From the human T2T-CHM13v2.0 reference genome, Homo sapiens, in the NCBI RefSeq assembly GCF_009914755.1, contig NC_060946.1: a stretch of DNA of 64,000 nt; one strand, 5' to 3'. This document shows positions 18,701-39,254 of this stretch, in pieces (within the stretch, counting starts at the first letter, position 1; every line of letters begins with the position of its first letter). The notes beneath the pieces were generated by a model, which saw only the letters and a list, made by a program, of their open reading frames with translations, did no database searches and had not been told where the DNA came from. Made by a program: the position numbers and the translations under genes.

Positions 18701-20499
18701 GATACAGTTTTCACAGTTTTATTTGTCTAATTTCAGCAGAGAGATGGAAGCTATAAGAGAAAATCAAGTAGGAAATCCTAGCCAATCTTGCATATTGTCT
18801 GCCTTTTCCCTTAGAGACCTTGTTTCACTTAATATCATGTTTTCAAGGTTCATCCATTTTGTGGCATGAAACAATTTCTTTTTAAGGCTGAGGCTGGAAA
18901 CTGGCTCACACCTGTAATCCCAGCACTCAGGGAGGCCAAGGCAAGAAGATTGCTTGAGCCAAGAAGTTAAGACTAGCCTGAGCAACATAGTGAGACTTCA
19001 TCTCTATAAAAATATAAAATGATATATTAATCATAGTTATTTTAAATGCTTTATAGATAGTTCCAACATCCGTACCATTTGGTTTTATTGATTACTTTGT
19101 GTTCTGGTGTAGTGAGCTGGGTATGTTGGCTTTTTCTTGGCTTTTTGTATATTTTACAATTCTTTATTGAAAGCTAGACATCTTACATGGATAGTAGTTG
19201 ATTTTATGCCTTGAAATGGACACCTTTTTTCTTCTACTTAGGTCTTTAAATGTGGGAGTTTGAGTTAATCTGCTCAGGAGCTGGGCTGGGTTTGAGGTTT
19301 ATTGTTGCTGTGATTACCCTCAGGGCAGAACAGGCTTCCAGTTTCTCCAGTAAATACTTTGTGTTTAGAGTGTGGAATAGTTTTCCAGAGGGCTTTTCTT
19401 AATGCCTGCTCCAATTTCAGTTTTAGGCTGTCCTTTGCATTTCATCTCAGACAGAGAGCCTGTCTTACCCTCTTACAATGCTTTCAGCTGAGCTTTCCTA
19501 TTTATTCATTCACAGAGGGCATATTTTCCTTTATAATACTGGTCACATTTGTAATAGCTGCTTTTAAGTTCTTTTCTGCCATTTCTAGGACATAGGCCAT
19601 GTTCAGGTAGGTTTCCATTTCTTTTGAGTATGGCTCACTTTCTTTTTTCTTTGTACATCTAGTAATTTTGAGTTGTGTCTTGGGTGTAAGGATCACATAT
19701 TGTAGAGGTGTTTTGTTTTTTTTGGTTTTTTTTTTTTTTTTTGAGGCAGAGTCTCACTCTGTCACCCAGGTTGGAGTGCAGTGGTGTGATCCTCACTCAC
19801 TGCAGTCTCGACTTCCTGGGCTCAAGCTGTCCTCCCACGTCAGTCCCCCAAGTAGCTAGGGCTACAGGTGTGCACCACCATGTCCGGCTAATGTTTTTGT
19901 AGAGGTGGGGTCTTGCTGTGTTGCCCAGGCTGGTCTTAAACTCCTGGGCTCATGCTCCTCCTCCTGCGTCAGCTTCCTAGACTATTGGGATTACAGGTGA
20001 GAACCATTGCGCCTGGCTGAGAGACTTGATTCTATTATATTCCTCTGCAGAATATTGGTTTTTGTTTTAGCAAGCAGTTAACTTGGCTCACCTCAGACTC
20101 CAAACCCTCCCTGCAACTGAAATACCTGTTCAATTATTTTGTCCATAATTCAGCTCTTTGGAGCATGAGTACTTGTGGACTTCAGAAGTCAATGAAGGAT
20201 TTGGACAGAGTTTGTATACAAACTGTTGGCTCTGTTTTCGTGACTCTCCCTTTCTGGTATTTTCCCCACAGCCTCACTTTCCAACTGCTATGGTTGTCCC
20301 AGGATATGTCGTCTAGTTCTTCAAGACAGTAAGACTGGGTTTTCGACCAAATTTTAACTGCCCCACTTGGCCTCAATCACCAAAGCTTCTATTTTAAAAT
20401 CTATTTACCTATAAGTTTGATTTGGGAAACAATAAAGGGAAAACTACCTGTAACTATTTATTTCTACAATTAGAATTAACTAGCAGACCTAGCATGCCC

Positions 20500-21700
20500 A
20501 TGTTATGTATCTGTCTGAAGTAATCAGAATGTATCTCTGTTTACGTTTATCCACTTATCTGACCCCTGGATCTCCTCCTCTTGGACTTTGTCAGATGCTG
20601 TTAACCTTATGCTCTTGATGGTTTATTTCCTTCTCCTGTATCTTCAACTTTACCCTCTTTACCGGCGAGCTCCTTTCTGTCATTTAAAAATACATCTTTC
20701 CTTTGTTAAGAAAAAAAAACTATCCTCCCTCTGTTGCCCACCAGCTACTATACTTTCTTCCTTACTCTTGCTCAGTTTCTCTCCACATCTTTCCTATCTC
20801 CCACTCCCTTCTCAGCACATTCTAATCTTACTTTTGTCCCCACCAGTGTATTAATTGCTCTGACCAAGATTACCAGTAACCTCCATGTCACCGAGTGCAC
20901 TCCCACGCCATCACCTGTGTGCTTACAGTTTCGAAACAAAATATTCACATCAGACTTTTCTTCTGCACTCTCTCTCTCATTGCCTGGTCCACATCTTTCC
21001 CTGGGTATCTCAAAGGGTTCTCAAATTAAATGTGTTCACGTCTCTTCCTTCCATAATCCTCCTCACCTTTCTTACCTCTGTATGTGGTACCTCCTTCCTT
21101 TTTACCTTCATATCCATCTGTCGGCAAGTCTGTTGATTCTGCTGCATCAAAGAGCCCTTGAATCTGTGTCCCTCACATTGGCTCCCCTTTGCCAACTAGA
21201 TAAAGTCCAAACGCCTTACCCTGGAGTTTGCCTGCGTGACTCTCGCTTGCCTGAGCTGGCCCCTCTGGCCTACCTTTGAAGGCTTACCTCACTCTGCTCT
21301 TCCCCTCCCACTGAACATCACCACAGTGTCCTAGATTTCTTTGGGGGTATACTAAGCACTCAGTTGGGAACACTCTTTTTCTTCTAAGCTCTCCTTTGCC
21401 TGCATAAAGACTATTAATTATCCTTCTAATCTCAACTTTGCTGTCATTTCCTGAGGAGGCCTTTCCTGTTCTCCCCTCAAGACCAGGTCACATTGCCTGC
21501 TGTGTTCCCAGAACCCCTGGTACTTGTTTTTTCTTAGCATCCCTCACTCGTAATGACTTTTTGAATGCTTGCTTCTACTCTAGACCCCAAGTTCCATGAG
21601 AGCAAGTTTCCTGTCTGCTTTCTTTTTTTCTCTGACCTTTGCACCAAGCCAAGTGCCTGGCAAGTAGTGGACACCTAAATGATTTTTGTTTAATGAATGG
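20500..21700. mobile_element. L2 relic
   Basis: Pyrimidine-rich L2 body and 3' end aagtgcctggcaagtagtggacacctaaatg...ttaatgaatg. Confidence 0.6.
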
Positions 21701-22725
21701 ATTAAGACAAGAATAGCTTTACATGGCAATAGAATAGAATCTGTTACTGTAAACATAATATCTCCTGCCTGCTACACTCAATTGTAATACACTAATCTTA
21801 TTTCCTGAAGAGGGATAAACCAACAGTTTGACATGAACATTTAAGCCAGCCTACTTAGTAGAGTAGTAAATGGACCTGTGTTCTTACTGTGACAAGTGCC
21901 TCTGGGCAGATTTGATTCTCACAGTGGAAATACTTCATGAAATGGCAGCAGCCTGGATTGTGGCTGTTAAAATTTAACACAAATAATTTTTAAAACAATA
22001 CCCTATTTGGGTTCTCAGTGCGTTTTTGTGTATTTTCAGAAAGTAAGTGTGAGGCTGTGACAGGGACAGTCTGTCAGATTGAGGCAGACTTGGATCCTTA
22101 ACCATGCAGTAAGAAACAGACTCAGCCAGCGTTGGGCACATGTATCAGCAATACATTTCATGAACTTTTTTTTTTTGCAATTGTGCTTATAGTGTGTATT
22201 GTAAAAGAGAAAATTAAGATAACTTAGACAGTTTTCATGTAGGGAATGACCAGGGCTTATGCCTGTGTCCATAGCAAGCACCTTGTTTTGATTTATTTGT
22301 CTTTTCAACCTTCGTTTTCACTTTCTTAGCTTGCTGTGTTCTTCTTTGGGAGACTAAAATTTTTTAGGGAAATAACCATGGTGTCAAAATTATAGAATGG
22401 AAAATTTGATTAAATGTAAAACATTGATCTTTGTTTCCTACTATTTCCATGTTCTTTTGCCTTTGTTTTGTCTGTCAGATTTTGGGCATAATATACTCTT
22501 CCTTTACGGGTAAATGCCAACTGCCAACAGAGTTCAGAATTCTGTGATGCTTGCTTATGGGTTGTTTACACAGAGATGATGTTTGTTCAAGATAAGAACA
22601 CTGTAGGGACTCTTTAAGCTATATACATCCCATCTTTATTAAGCTCATCCTTCCACTCCCCTAGGCCTCCAAAGTAGCAAATAATTATAACCAAATGTTC
22701 CTCATACCCTTAGAAAATAAATTTT

Positions 22726-23575
<850 letters not shown>

Positions 23576-24791
23576 TTACTTTTGACATCATTATATTTTT
23601 AGGAGGGATCATGTTTAAATTGTCAGTTCTTAAAAAGGATTGGTGGACATTCTTGGCTGAGAGTCTTCATTACATACAAGGTTTGGTGTTTTTCTTAGCC
23701 CAGTCACACACCAGCCCGTGACCAGAAAGAACAATTCTGGTTGTCCTTGTGACTGCCTCTCTGTGTCCTGGTCTGAAGAGTCTTGTCGGGCTGTAGCCCT
23801 AGGTAAGAAGTGTGCAGGAAGAGAGTCAGCAGGACAACTCCGGTCTGTGTTTGGTGGGGGCTGGCAGGGAAGCAGGTCCTGGGGAAGTGATGTTCAACTG
23901 AGACCTGAAGGGTGATCAGGTTAGCCAGGATTAGGAGGGAATAGAGGAGGAGGTGAGGGGACAGCTGGTGCCAATGCCCAAGGAACTAAAGGAACTCCCA
24001 AGACAGCTTGTGTTTAGAGAACAAGGGAGGAGTAGAACAAGGTGAGGCTGAAAATGGAGATGGTCGAAGCAATATCTGATTGTGTCCTTCCCTGAAGGCT
24101 CAAAAATGTTTGATGCTTCCTTGTTGCCCTCAGACTAAAGTCCACATGCCAGGTAATGAAGGTTTTCCTTAATCAGCCTCATCCTCCTTTAAAGCCCCTT
24201 TCCCTGCTGTCCTATTTGTTTTCCACATACCCCATGTTTTAGCCATACTTAGCCTTTATTATTCTCTAACTTGAATGTGTTTGTACCTTTCTCTGACTGT
24301 TGTTGGCTAAAATCTAGTTCCCCACCTCTTTTCAGTAAGGCCCAGCTTAATGTCATTGGTTTTTTCGAAGCCTACCCTGCTGCCTGAAATCAAAGAGAAT
24401 GTCTTCTCTGTGGTTTGATAATACTTTTGTCATTCTGTTACTCTAATTATCCCATCCTGACTTGTCTGTGGTTGTATATATTAATGTGTGTAGCTTCCAC
24501 ACTAACTGTAGGCACATGAAAGCAAAGCTTTCATTTAGTTTGTAGCGTAGACCTAGTTGCAGTAGAGGATCTTTGAATTTTGGTGGAATTGCATCAAACA
24601 GGTAAGTGGCAGCCCAGGATTCAGAAGTATTCGTCTGTGTGGGGCGTCTCATTCCTAGAGATAAAACATTGAATGGAATGTTCTACTGTGTTCTGTGTAT
24701 ACGTGAGTTGTTTTGGATAAACAGACTATGGGAAATTGTTGAAGTTCCCTGGATTGGGAAGAAGGATGAGCTTCAAGGCTGAAAGGAGTAA

Positions 24792-25137
<346 letters not shown>

Positions 25138-25521
25138 AGCTGGGCTTTAAATCAATTGGAAGTCCTGTGCTCAGCTAAAATTACCATCCCAAAGCCTTTT
25201 TCTGTGTGTGTGTTCTTCAGATTCTTTCTCAGTCTGTTTCCTCTATTTTGTATAAAGTTCTGAGAGGTTTTCTCATCCAGTTTCCTAGCACACCACTTAA
25301 AAGAAACTACTGATTTAAGGACTATAAAGAATTGACATTGAACGAAAAAGACATAATTATAAAATTATGCTAGAAATATATAAGCATGTCATTTAAAGAT
25401 CATATAACAGGAGAAAATATTTGTGCCCTCTGGATCTTTAAGGGCATTGCTTTACTAATGCAGAGTTACATTCTGCTTGTGGTTATCCTAAAATCATTGA
25501 GAAAATTTTAGCCAGTAAAGT

Positions 25522-25557
25522 GGGCGGTGGGGGTGGGGGTGGGGGTGGGAGTGGGGG
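25522..25557 (+). other. G-quadruplex-forming motif (GGGGGT)n
   Basis: Six runs of 3 or more G with short loops. Confidence 0.75.
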
Positions 25558-25990
25558 CAGCAGTTTTTAGTAATCAGGGGAAAACAATTACTGACATGTA
25601 ACATGGATTGCATTAAATCAGCCCAGGAATGATAGAGTTAATGGCGCCTGCAGATCCACCTTCTTCTGAGGTGAGAAAGAATCTGAGGTCAGGAACTTTG
25701 TCGACTATGTGACTTGTCACTGTGCTCAGCCCTGCGTTCTGATTACCTGGCAATACTCAGTGCTGCCTTTAGAAAGCTGCTGTTGTGGATCTGGTACCAG
25801 TGGCTAAAGTGCCTACTCCCACTGAACAGTTCTCAGAACATTTTGTAATTCTAATGAGGTAGTACAGTGGCTTACTATGCCAGACTTCAGAATAGGACTT
25901 TTGCAAAAGATTGTTGCTATTTCCCAACAGTTGACTTGATACGTTTTGGTTTTCTGTCTTATTGATTTAGTTTTTTAAAATGTGCCCTGA

Positions 25991-26917
25991 GGCCAGTTGC
26001 GGTGGCTCATGCCTGTAATCCCAGCACTTTGGGATGCCTAGGTGGGCGGATCACCTGAGGTCAGGAGTTCGAGACCAGCCTGGCCAACATGGCAAAACCG
26101 TGTGTCTACTGAAAATACAAAAATAAGCCTGGCATGGTGGCAGGCGCCTGTAATCCCAGCTAGTCAGGAGGCTGAGGCAGGAGAATCACTTGAACCCAGG
26201 AGGCAGAAGTTGCAGTAAGCCGAGATGCGCCACTGCACTCCAGCCTGGGTGACAGAATGAGACTCCCTCTCAAAAAAAAAAAAAAAAAAAGTGCCCTGAG
26301 CTAGCATTGCATGTAGCCCTGTAATAAAGCATGTCTTTCCTTTCTGTCCCTTTAACAGTGTTTTTGGCTGAATTTAGAAGGGTTGTATTGATTTGAATTG
26401 TGTGTGTTGGGCAGAGCTGAGTAGTTACAAGTCTGATTATAATTAGCCTTTGGTTTTTAGTTATATTTGTAATTAAACAGATGTTTATGTAGTACTCACT
26501 ATGTGCTTGGTAGGTACTGTGAGGGTTATAGAGATGGATAAGGCACACTCCTTGTCTATAAGGAATATGGAGTTCAGTGCATATTTCAACTATGCCTTTT
26601 CACAGTTTTTTTGTTTGTTTGTTTTTTGTTTTTGAGATGGAGTCTCTCTCTGTCGCCCAGGCTGGAGTGCAGAGTGGCGCAGTCTTGGCTTACTGCAACC
26701 TCCACCACCCGGGTTTAAGCAATTCTCCTGCCCCAGCCTCCCATGTAGCTGGGATTACAGGCATGCACCACCATGCCTGGCTAATTTTTGTATTTTTAGT
26801 AGAGACAGGATTTCACCATGTTGGCCAGGCTGGTCTGGAACTCCTGACCTCAAGTGGTCTGCCTGCCTCGGCCTCCCAAAGTTCTGGGATTATAGGCGTG
26901 AGCCACTGCACCTGGCC
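25991..26917. mobile_element. Inverted AluS pair (25991-26290 +, 26607-26917 -)
   Basis: Alu consensus. TSD-like gtgccctgag and tcacagtttttt. Confidence 0.9.
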
Positions 26918-27072
26918 TCACAGTTTTTTTAATGGAAAAATAAGAAATACTTTCCAGTTATCAATATTAGTTTTTCCTCCTGTATGGTAATATCTGTTGT
27001 TTTTGGAATCTTCAGAAAAAAAAAATCTCAAGAACTCAGTCTAAAATGTTTTTGCTATAGAGTGCATAATGA

Positions 27073-27243
<171 letters not shown>

Positions 27244-27804
27244 TAGAGAACAGTTAATATTCATGCATTTCGTGTGTACCTTTCCTGGCCTTTTGACAGT
27301 AAATGATCAAGTTGTAAAATGATGGCATTTGAGCACTGTGATTTTTCTTTTTCTGTGTGTTGTTTGCGAATCTTTCTTATATCCAGAATTGAGTAAATGG
27401 TATAGAAGACACTGACAAATTAAAAATGATAGTTCCTTTCCTCAAGCAGCTGTATCTTTTTTTTTTTTTTTTTAGAGAATGGTTGCATGCAAAACGAAGT
27501 ATTATGAAATTTAAATACCGAGGAATGGGTGGAGTGTTAGGGAAGGCATCCCAGAAGGTTAGAATTTGAGTGGGGCCTCGAAGGTTGTAGACAGGGAGGG
27601 TGGGGGGCATGATTGGCAAGGTCAGTAACTTGAGGGGATGCACCAAAGGGATTAGTAAGTGAGGAGTATGGAGGGGGATGCTGTAGGTAGGTGGTTCTAT
27701 AGATTCAGTAGACTGATACAGAAGGCCAGAAGAAGGTGTACCTACCATATCAAGGAACAGTAGAAGAAAAGATTGACTAGGCAGGGGATGGCAAAGTGAT
27801 GGAA

Positions 27805-28101
27805 CTTTTCTTTTTTTTTTTGAGATGGAGCCTCGCTGTCGCCCAGGTTGGAGTGCAGTGGCGCGATCTCGGCTCACTGCAGGCTCCGCCCCCTGGGGTT
27901 CATGCCATTCTCTTGCCTCAGCCTCCCGAGTAGCTGGGACTACAGGCGCCTGCCACCTCGCCCGGCTAATTTTTTGTGTTTTTAGTAGAGATGGGGTTTC
28001 ACCGTGTTAGCCAGGATGGTCTCGATCTCCTGACCTCGTGATCCACCCGCCTCGGCCTCCCAAAGTGCTGGGATTACAGGTGTGAGCCACCGTGCCTGGC
28101 C
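27805..28101 (-). mobile_element. AluY-lineage element (AluYe/Yf-like diagnostics)
   Basis: gcaggctccgccccctggggttc, ccacctcgcccgg and cgctgtcgcc (2-bp deletion) are recalled Ye-type diagnostics. CpG-rich. Confidence 0.8.
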
Positions 28102-28521
28102 TGGAACTTCTTTAAAGTCAAATTGAGTCACTTTGATGTAGTAGAAGCTATAAAGTGATGTAAATAAATTATCATGTCTGGATCAGTGTGATAACAGTGG
28201 AAAAGAGGTGAAGAGAGGGTTGGACCCAGATTTTTCATAAAGAAAGGTGATTTCAGTAACAGATCTTTATAAAAGGAATGCAAGAATGGATGATATCAAA
28301 GATGGCTGTGTTTGTTTACACTGGGAGTCTGGGAACGTGGTGCTACATTAATAATTGATAAAAAGTACATGAAAATCTAAGTTTATATTTTATTCATAGT
28401 TCTCTTAGGACTAAGAGGTATTAAGAACTTGGGGGAAAAACAGATGTCAAAAATTTAGCATACGTTGTTTATAGGGATGAAGAAAATTGTTGGCAAGCAT
28501 TAAGAATAATTAAAGGAAGCA

Positions 28522-28808
28522 GCCGGGTGTGGTGGCTCACGTCTGTAATCCCAGCACTCTGGGAGGCCGAGATGGGCAGATCACTTGAGGTCAGCAGTTC
28601 GAGATCAGCCTGGCCAACATGGTGAAACCCCATCTGTACTAAAAATACAAAAATTAGCCTGATCTGGTTTTGCGCACCTGCAGTCCCAGCTACGTGGGAG
28701 GCTGAGGCCCTAGAATCGCTTGAACCTGGGAGCCAGAGTATGCAGTGAGCGAGATCGTGCGACTGCACTCCAGCCTGGGCTTCAGAGTGAGACTCTGTCT
28801 TTAAAAAA
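28522..28808 (+). mobile_element. AluS
   Basis: Alu consensus. Confidence 0.88.
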
Positions 28809-28950
28809 GTGACTTTTATGTTGAGCCGTGACAAGTTTTTGTTTGTTTTTTGTTTTTGATGTGCCTTTTTGCATCCATTCACATAACTGTGTCTTTCTCT
28901 TTCCCTGTGGTTTAGTGATAGTATAACAAACTTCTTGGAATCCTTTAAAG

Positions 28951-29159
28951 CAAGCTTCTCCAACCCGCAGCCCAGGACAGCTTTGAATGCGGCCCAACAC
29001 AAATTTGTAAACTTTCTTAAAATATTATGAGATTTTTTTTTTTGCAATTTTTTTTTAGCTCATCCGCTATTGTTCATGTCAGTGTACTTTATGTGTGGCC
29101 CAAGACAATTCTTCTATTTCCATTGTGGCCCAGGGAAGCCAAAAGATTGGACGTCCCTG
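28951..29159. mobile_element. MER30 (hAT-Charlie) non-autonomous DNA transposon
   Basis: caagcttctccaacc...gctttgaatgcggcccaacacaaattt...gccaaaagattggacgtccctg. Confidence 0.82.
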
Positions 29160-30249
29160 CTTTATTTAAAGCAAAGCAGGAATGTTACAGGCTGGCACAC
29201 AAAAATGTATATTTCCTTCAAGGAGGCAGTCTAACTGCACATAGAAAAGTAGTATTTTTCCTTTTGGTTCTTAGAGCAATAAAAATTGGTACTATTTCAA
29301 GGCTCCTCTCAATTAGAAAAGCTTCTGTTGTAAATGTGTCCTCTTTGATTTCCTAGCGCACTTTGGAGGGTCAATACTAACAGAATAAATATACTGAGGA
29401 ATACTAAGCTGCTTGTAACATACGAACCTTTAGGATATTTATTGGGCTGCTAAGTTCACAGAACATGGGACTAGAGTCTCCACTTTGCTATAATCACTGA
29501 AAAATAGGCCAGTCTTTTAAGCACAGGCTACTAGTCAAGCTGCCGGTTACATTACACAGCACTCCCTTTCTCTGGGTATTCCTTGGTGTTCTGTTCCACT
29601 TCCAGAGTGTGACCAAAAGGGAAGATACGGTGCAGAATGAGTAGAATTGGAAGTCTTCCCTGCCCCTTCACCAGGGGTGATTGCAAAACCTTTTTTGATT
29701 AAAGGTCTGGCCTAAGGCAGGATATTTATTTTGACTACAAGGCAGTTGACAATGCCATAAAGTACCCTACATAGAATTTTTAAAAAATGAATCATATGTA
29801 TAGCCACGGAATTTTAACCCCCCCAAACTTCTACAGTGGTTTTACTTACTATCATATAGTAAACTCTGAAGTTCCTTGGGATAGGGGCCCTGTGTTGTTC
29901 ACCTTCAATTGCCTACTGCCTGCACATTGCCTGGCACGATGGTGCTCCATAAGGAGATGTTGAATAAGTGAGCTTACAGAGAAATTCCATTTTTGAGCAA
30001 GGCAAAATTCTAACTGCCTAAAGTCAAAAAACAGTGTACAACATAGAACTAAATACATCTGAGACATTTCATGGAAGTTACAAATATTGTTCATGTTTAT
30101 TGCCATCTTTTGTCTGCTTCCCCCCATTGTAGACTTCTTAAAGGCGAGAACTATTATGCCTTAGAATCCTGCACCTTGCATAACCTTACCCTGTATATTT
30201 TACAATAAGTAATTTTTTTAAATGATGAGATGGTAAAGGACATAAACGG

Positions 30250-30555
30250 TTATTTTATTTTATTATTATTATTTGAGACAGTGCCACTCTTGTTGCCCAG
30301 GCTGGAGTGCAATGGCGTAATCTCAGCTCACTGCAACCTCCATCTCTAGGGTTCAAGTGATTCTCCTGCCTCAGCCTCCCAAGTAGCTGGGATTACAGAC
30401 ACCCGCCACCATGCCCAGCTAATTTTTATATTTTTATTAGCAATGAGGTGTCACCATGTTGGCCAGGCTGATCTCAAACTCCTGACTTCAGGTGATCTCT
30501 CTGCCTCAGGCTCCCAAAGTGTTGGGATTACAGGCGTGAGCCACAGCGCCCGGCA
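30250..30555 (-). mobile_element. AluS
   Basis: Alu reverse-complement consensus. Confidence 0.88.
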
Positions 30556-30695
30556 CATTTTAATTTTAAATGCACTTTGTACTGTCTTTGCCACTTTCCA
30601 TGTGGGTGATTTTTATAGAGTCCCTTTCTTCAGTTAGCAAAGAATTCTGACAACAGTGCATCTATGGAGCCATAAACTAAAAATCAAATGTATGA

Positions 30696-30938
<243 letters not shown>

Positions 30939-31026
30939 TGATTCTTTTGTCCCATGTGAGTAATTGGCAAACCAACTGCTGGAGTGTCGTAGCTTACTAC
31001 GTGTCACACATTAGAAATGATAAGTC

Positions 31027-31260
31027 CTGACCTGGCATGGTGGATCACACCTATAATCCTAACACATTGGGAGGCTGAGGCAGATGGATCACTTGTGCCC
31101 AGGAGTTCAAGCCTGGGCAACATGGCAAAACCCTGTCTCTACAAAAATAAAAATAATAATAAGCTGGCATGGTGGTGTGTGCCTGGAGTCCCAGCTACTT
31201 GAGAGGCTGAGGTGGGAGGATCACTTGAGCCTGGGAGGCAGAGGCTGCTGTGAGCTGATA
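31027..31260 (+). mobile_element. AluJ, 3'-truncated
   Basis: Diverged Alu consensus. Confidence 0.8.
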
Positions 31261-31999
31261 AAAGAAGAAATGATGAGTCCTATACAAAATGTTAGGAACA
31301 CATTCTCAAAGTCCAGCCATAACTTGACTATCACTTGGGTGAAATAAGTTTGTTACCTTTCCACAGTACCCAATATTTCCAATATTACTCATCTGTTGTA
31401 GCACTTTCTTACTTAAGTCCAGGTTAAATGCTTTTTTTAAGTTACGTTAAATATAACTTTGGAGAGCAGACTCTAATTCTCCATACAAAAGGGAAACCTG
31501 TAGAATTCATCCATTCTGCTAAAAAATACAATTTTGATTTCTAGTGTCCTCACATACAGTATTAGTTACAGAGATTCTCCCCAGCTTGCAGCTGGTACTC
31601 TTGATTGCATTTCATGCTTTGGCACAAATGCACAGAAGTACAACACAAAAAGGGAATGGAGTTCTATGTTCCTGATCTCTTCACATTAGACTTCATCTCA
31701 CCAAAATGGCATAAAAGGTGTGGCTACAACATTTGCATACAAATTTCATGCAAAAGAGGTAATAACATTAGTAGAGGAAAAGAAGATCTGCCATTAACAG
31801 GTCACTTTTGGATGAATTTGTACATGACTTTAAGTGATGATCCTCAACTCATTTAAGATTAAAGAGCCAAGCATATTGCAGTGGACATACAGAAAAGTCA
31901 TGATAATCATTGAGGATTTACTAAGACTCTCCATGTCTCAGCTTCAAGCCAGTGGCAAGTAAAAAAGAGAAGAGAAAATAATTTAAAAAAAGAATCTCC

Positions 32000-38230
<6,231 letters not shown>

Positions 38231-38449
38231 CAACTTGGATGAACTTTGAATATTTTATGCTAAGGGAAAGAAGCCGAACATAAAACTTCAACCTAAAAAG
38301 ACTTCCACACTCAGGCCTGAAAAGTCTCAAGTTTTGTTGAACGGCAGGAACGTGAATACTGGCAGTTTCAAGTTGGTTGTAGAACTGAAACCTCAAGCAT
38401 AAGTGAAAATTACACAATCACCTAGTTTTTTTTTTTTCTTAAGAAAGAA

Positions 38450-39080
38450 CTTTTTTTATTGAGATATGCCACACAAGATACAATTCAGCCACTTAAAATG
38501 TACATTTCAGTGGGTTTTTGTTTTTTTTTTAAGTGTATTCAGAGTTGTATAACCATTACCACAACCAGTTTTAGGCTATTTTTACCACTCCATAAAGAAA
38601 TCCTATACCCATTAGCATTCATTCTCTATTTACTATAGGCAACCACTAATCTACTTTCTGTCCTATAGATTTCTTTATTATGGACATTTCCTATAAATGG
38701 AATCACACAATATGTGGTCCTCTGTGACTGGCTTCTTTCACTTAGCATCATGTTTTTAAGGTTCATCCATGCTGTAGCATATACTAGTACCTCATTCCTT
38801 TTTATGGCCAAACAATATTCCATTGTATGGATATGCCACATATTTATCCATTCTTCTGTTCAAGATGGTGTTTGTGTTGCTTACACTTTTGGGGGGGTTA
38901 TTATAAATGTCACTGTTAAGAACTTTTTTTTTTCGACATGAGGTCTCACTATGTTTCCCAGGCTGGTCTCAAGTGATCTTCCCACCTCAGCCTCCCAAGT
39001 AGCTGGATCTACAGGCACATCCCACCATGCCTGGTTTGTTGTAGACATTTGTGTACAACAAATTTTTACATGGACGTATG
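38450..39080 (-). mobile_element. L1M 3' end, antisense
   Basis: ORF 38626..38841 MWHIHTMEYCLAIKRNE is an L1 ORF2 C-terminal relic. Confidence 0.8.
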
Positions 39081-39254
39081 TAGTTTTCTCATCTTCTTGT
39101 CCATCTTCTAGCCTACTACCAAAGTGTTTTTGAAATTGATCTTGTTACTTCTCTTTAAGCTGCTTCATTTGTTTCCCCTTTGTCATTTGGTTAAAGTCCA
39201 TGATCTTGGCTTGAAGAGGCAAGACCCCATAGTTTATTGAACATTTTAAGCCCA

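Noticed and set aside
20734-21279. 181-aa plus-strand ORF
   Set aside because: Lies in a pyrimidine-rich L2 relic with no recognisable domain or splice support.
28469-29047. 192-aa minus-strand ORF and similar ORFs with [14 protein letters not shown] motifs
   Set aside because: Chance read-through of Alu and MER30 sequence.
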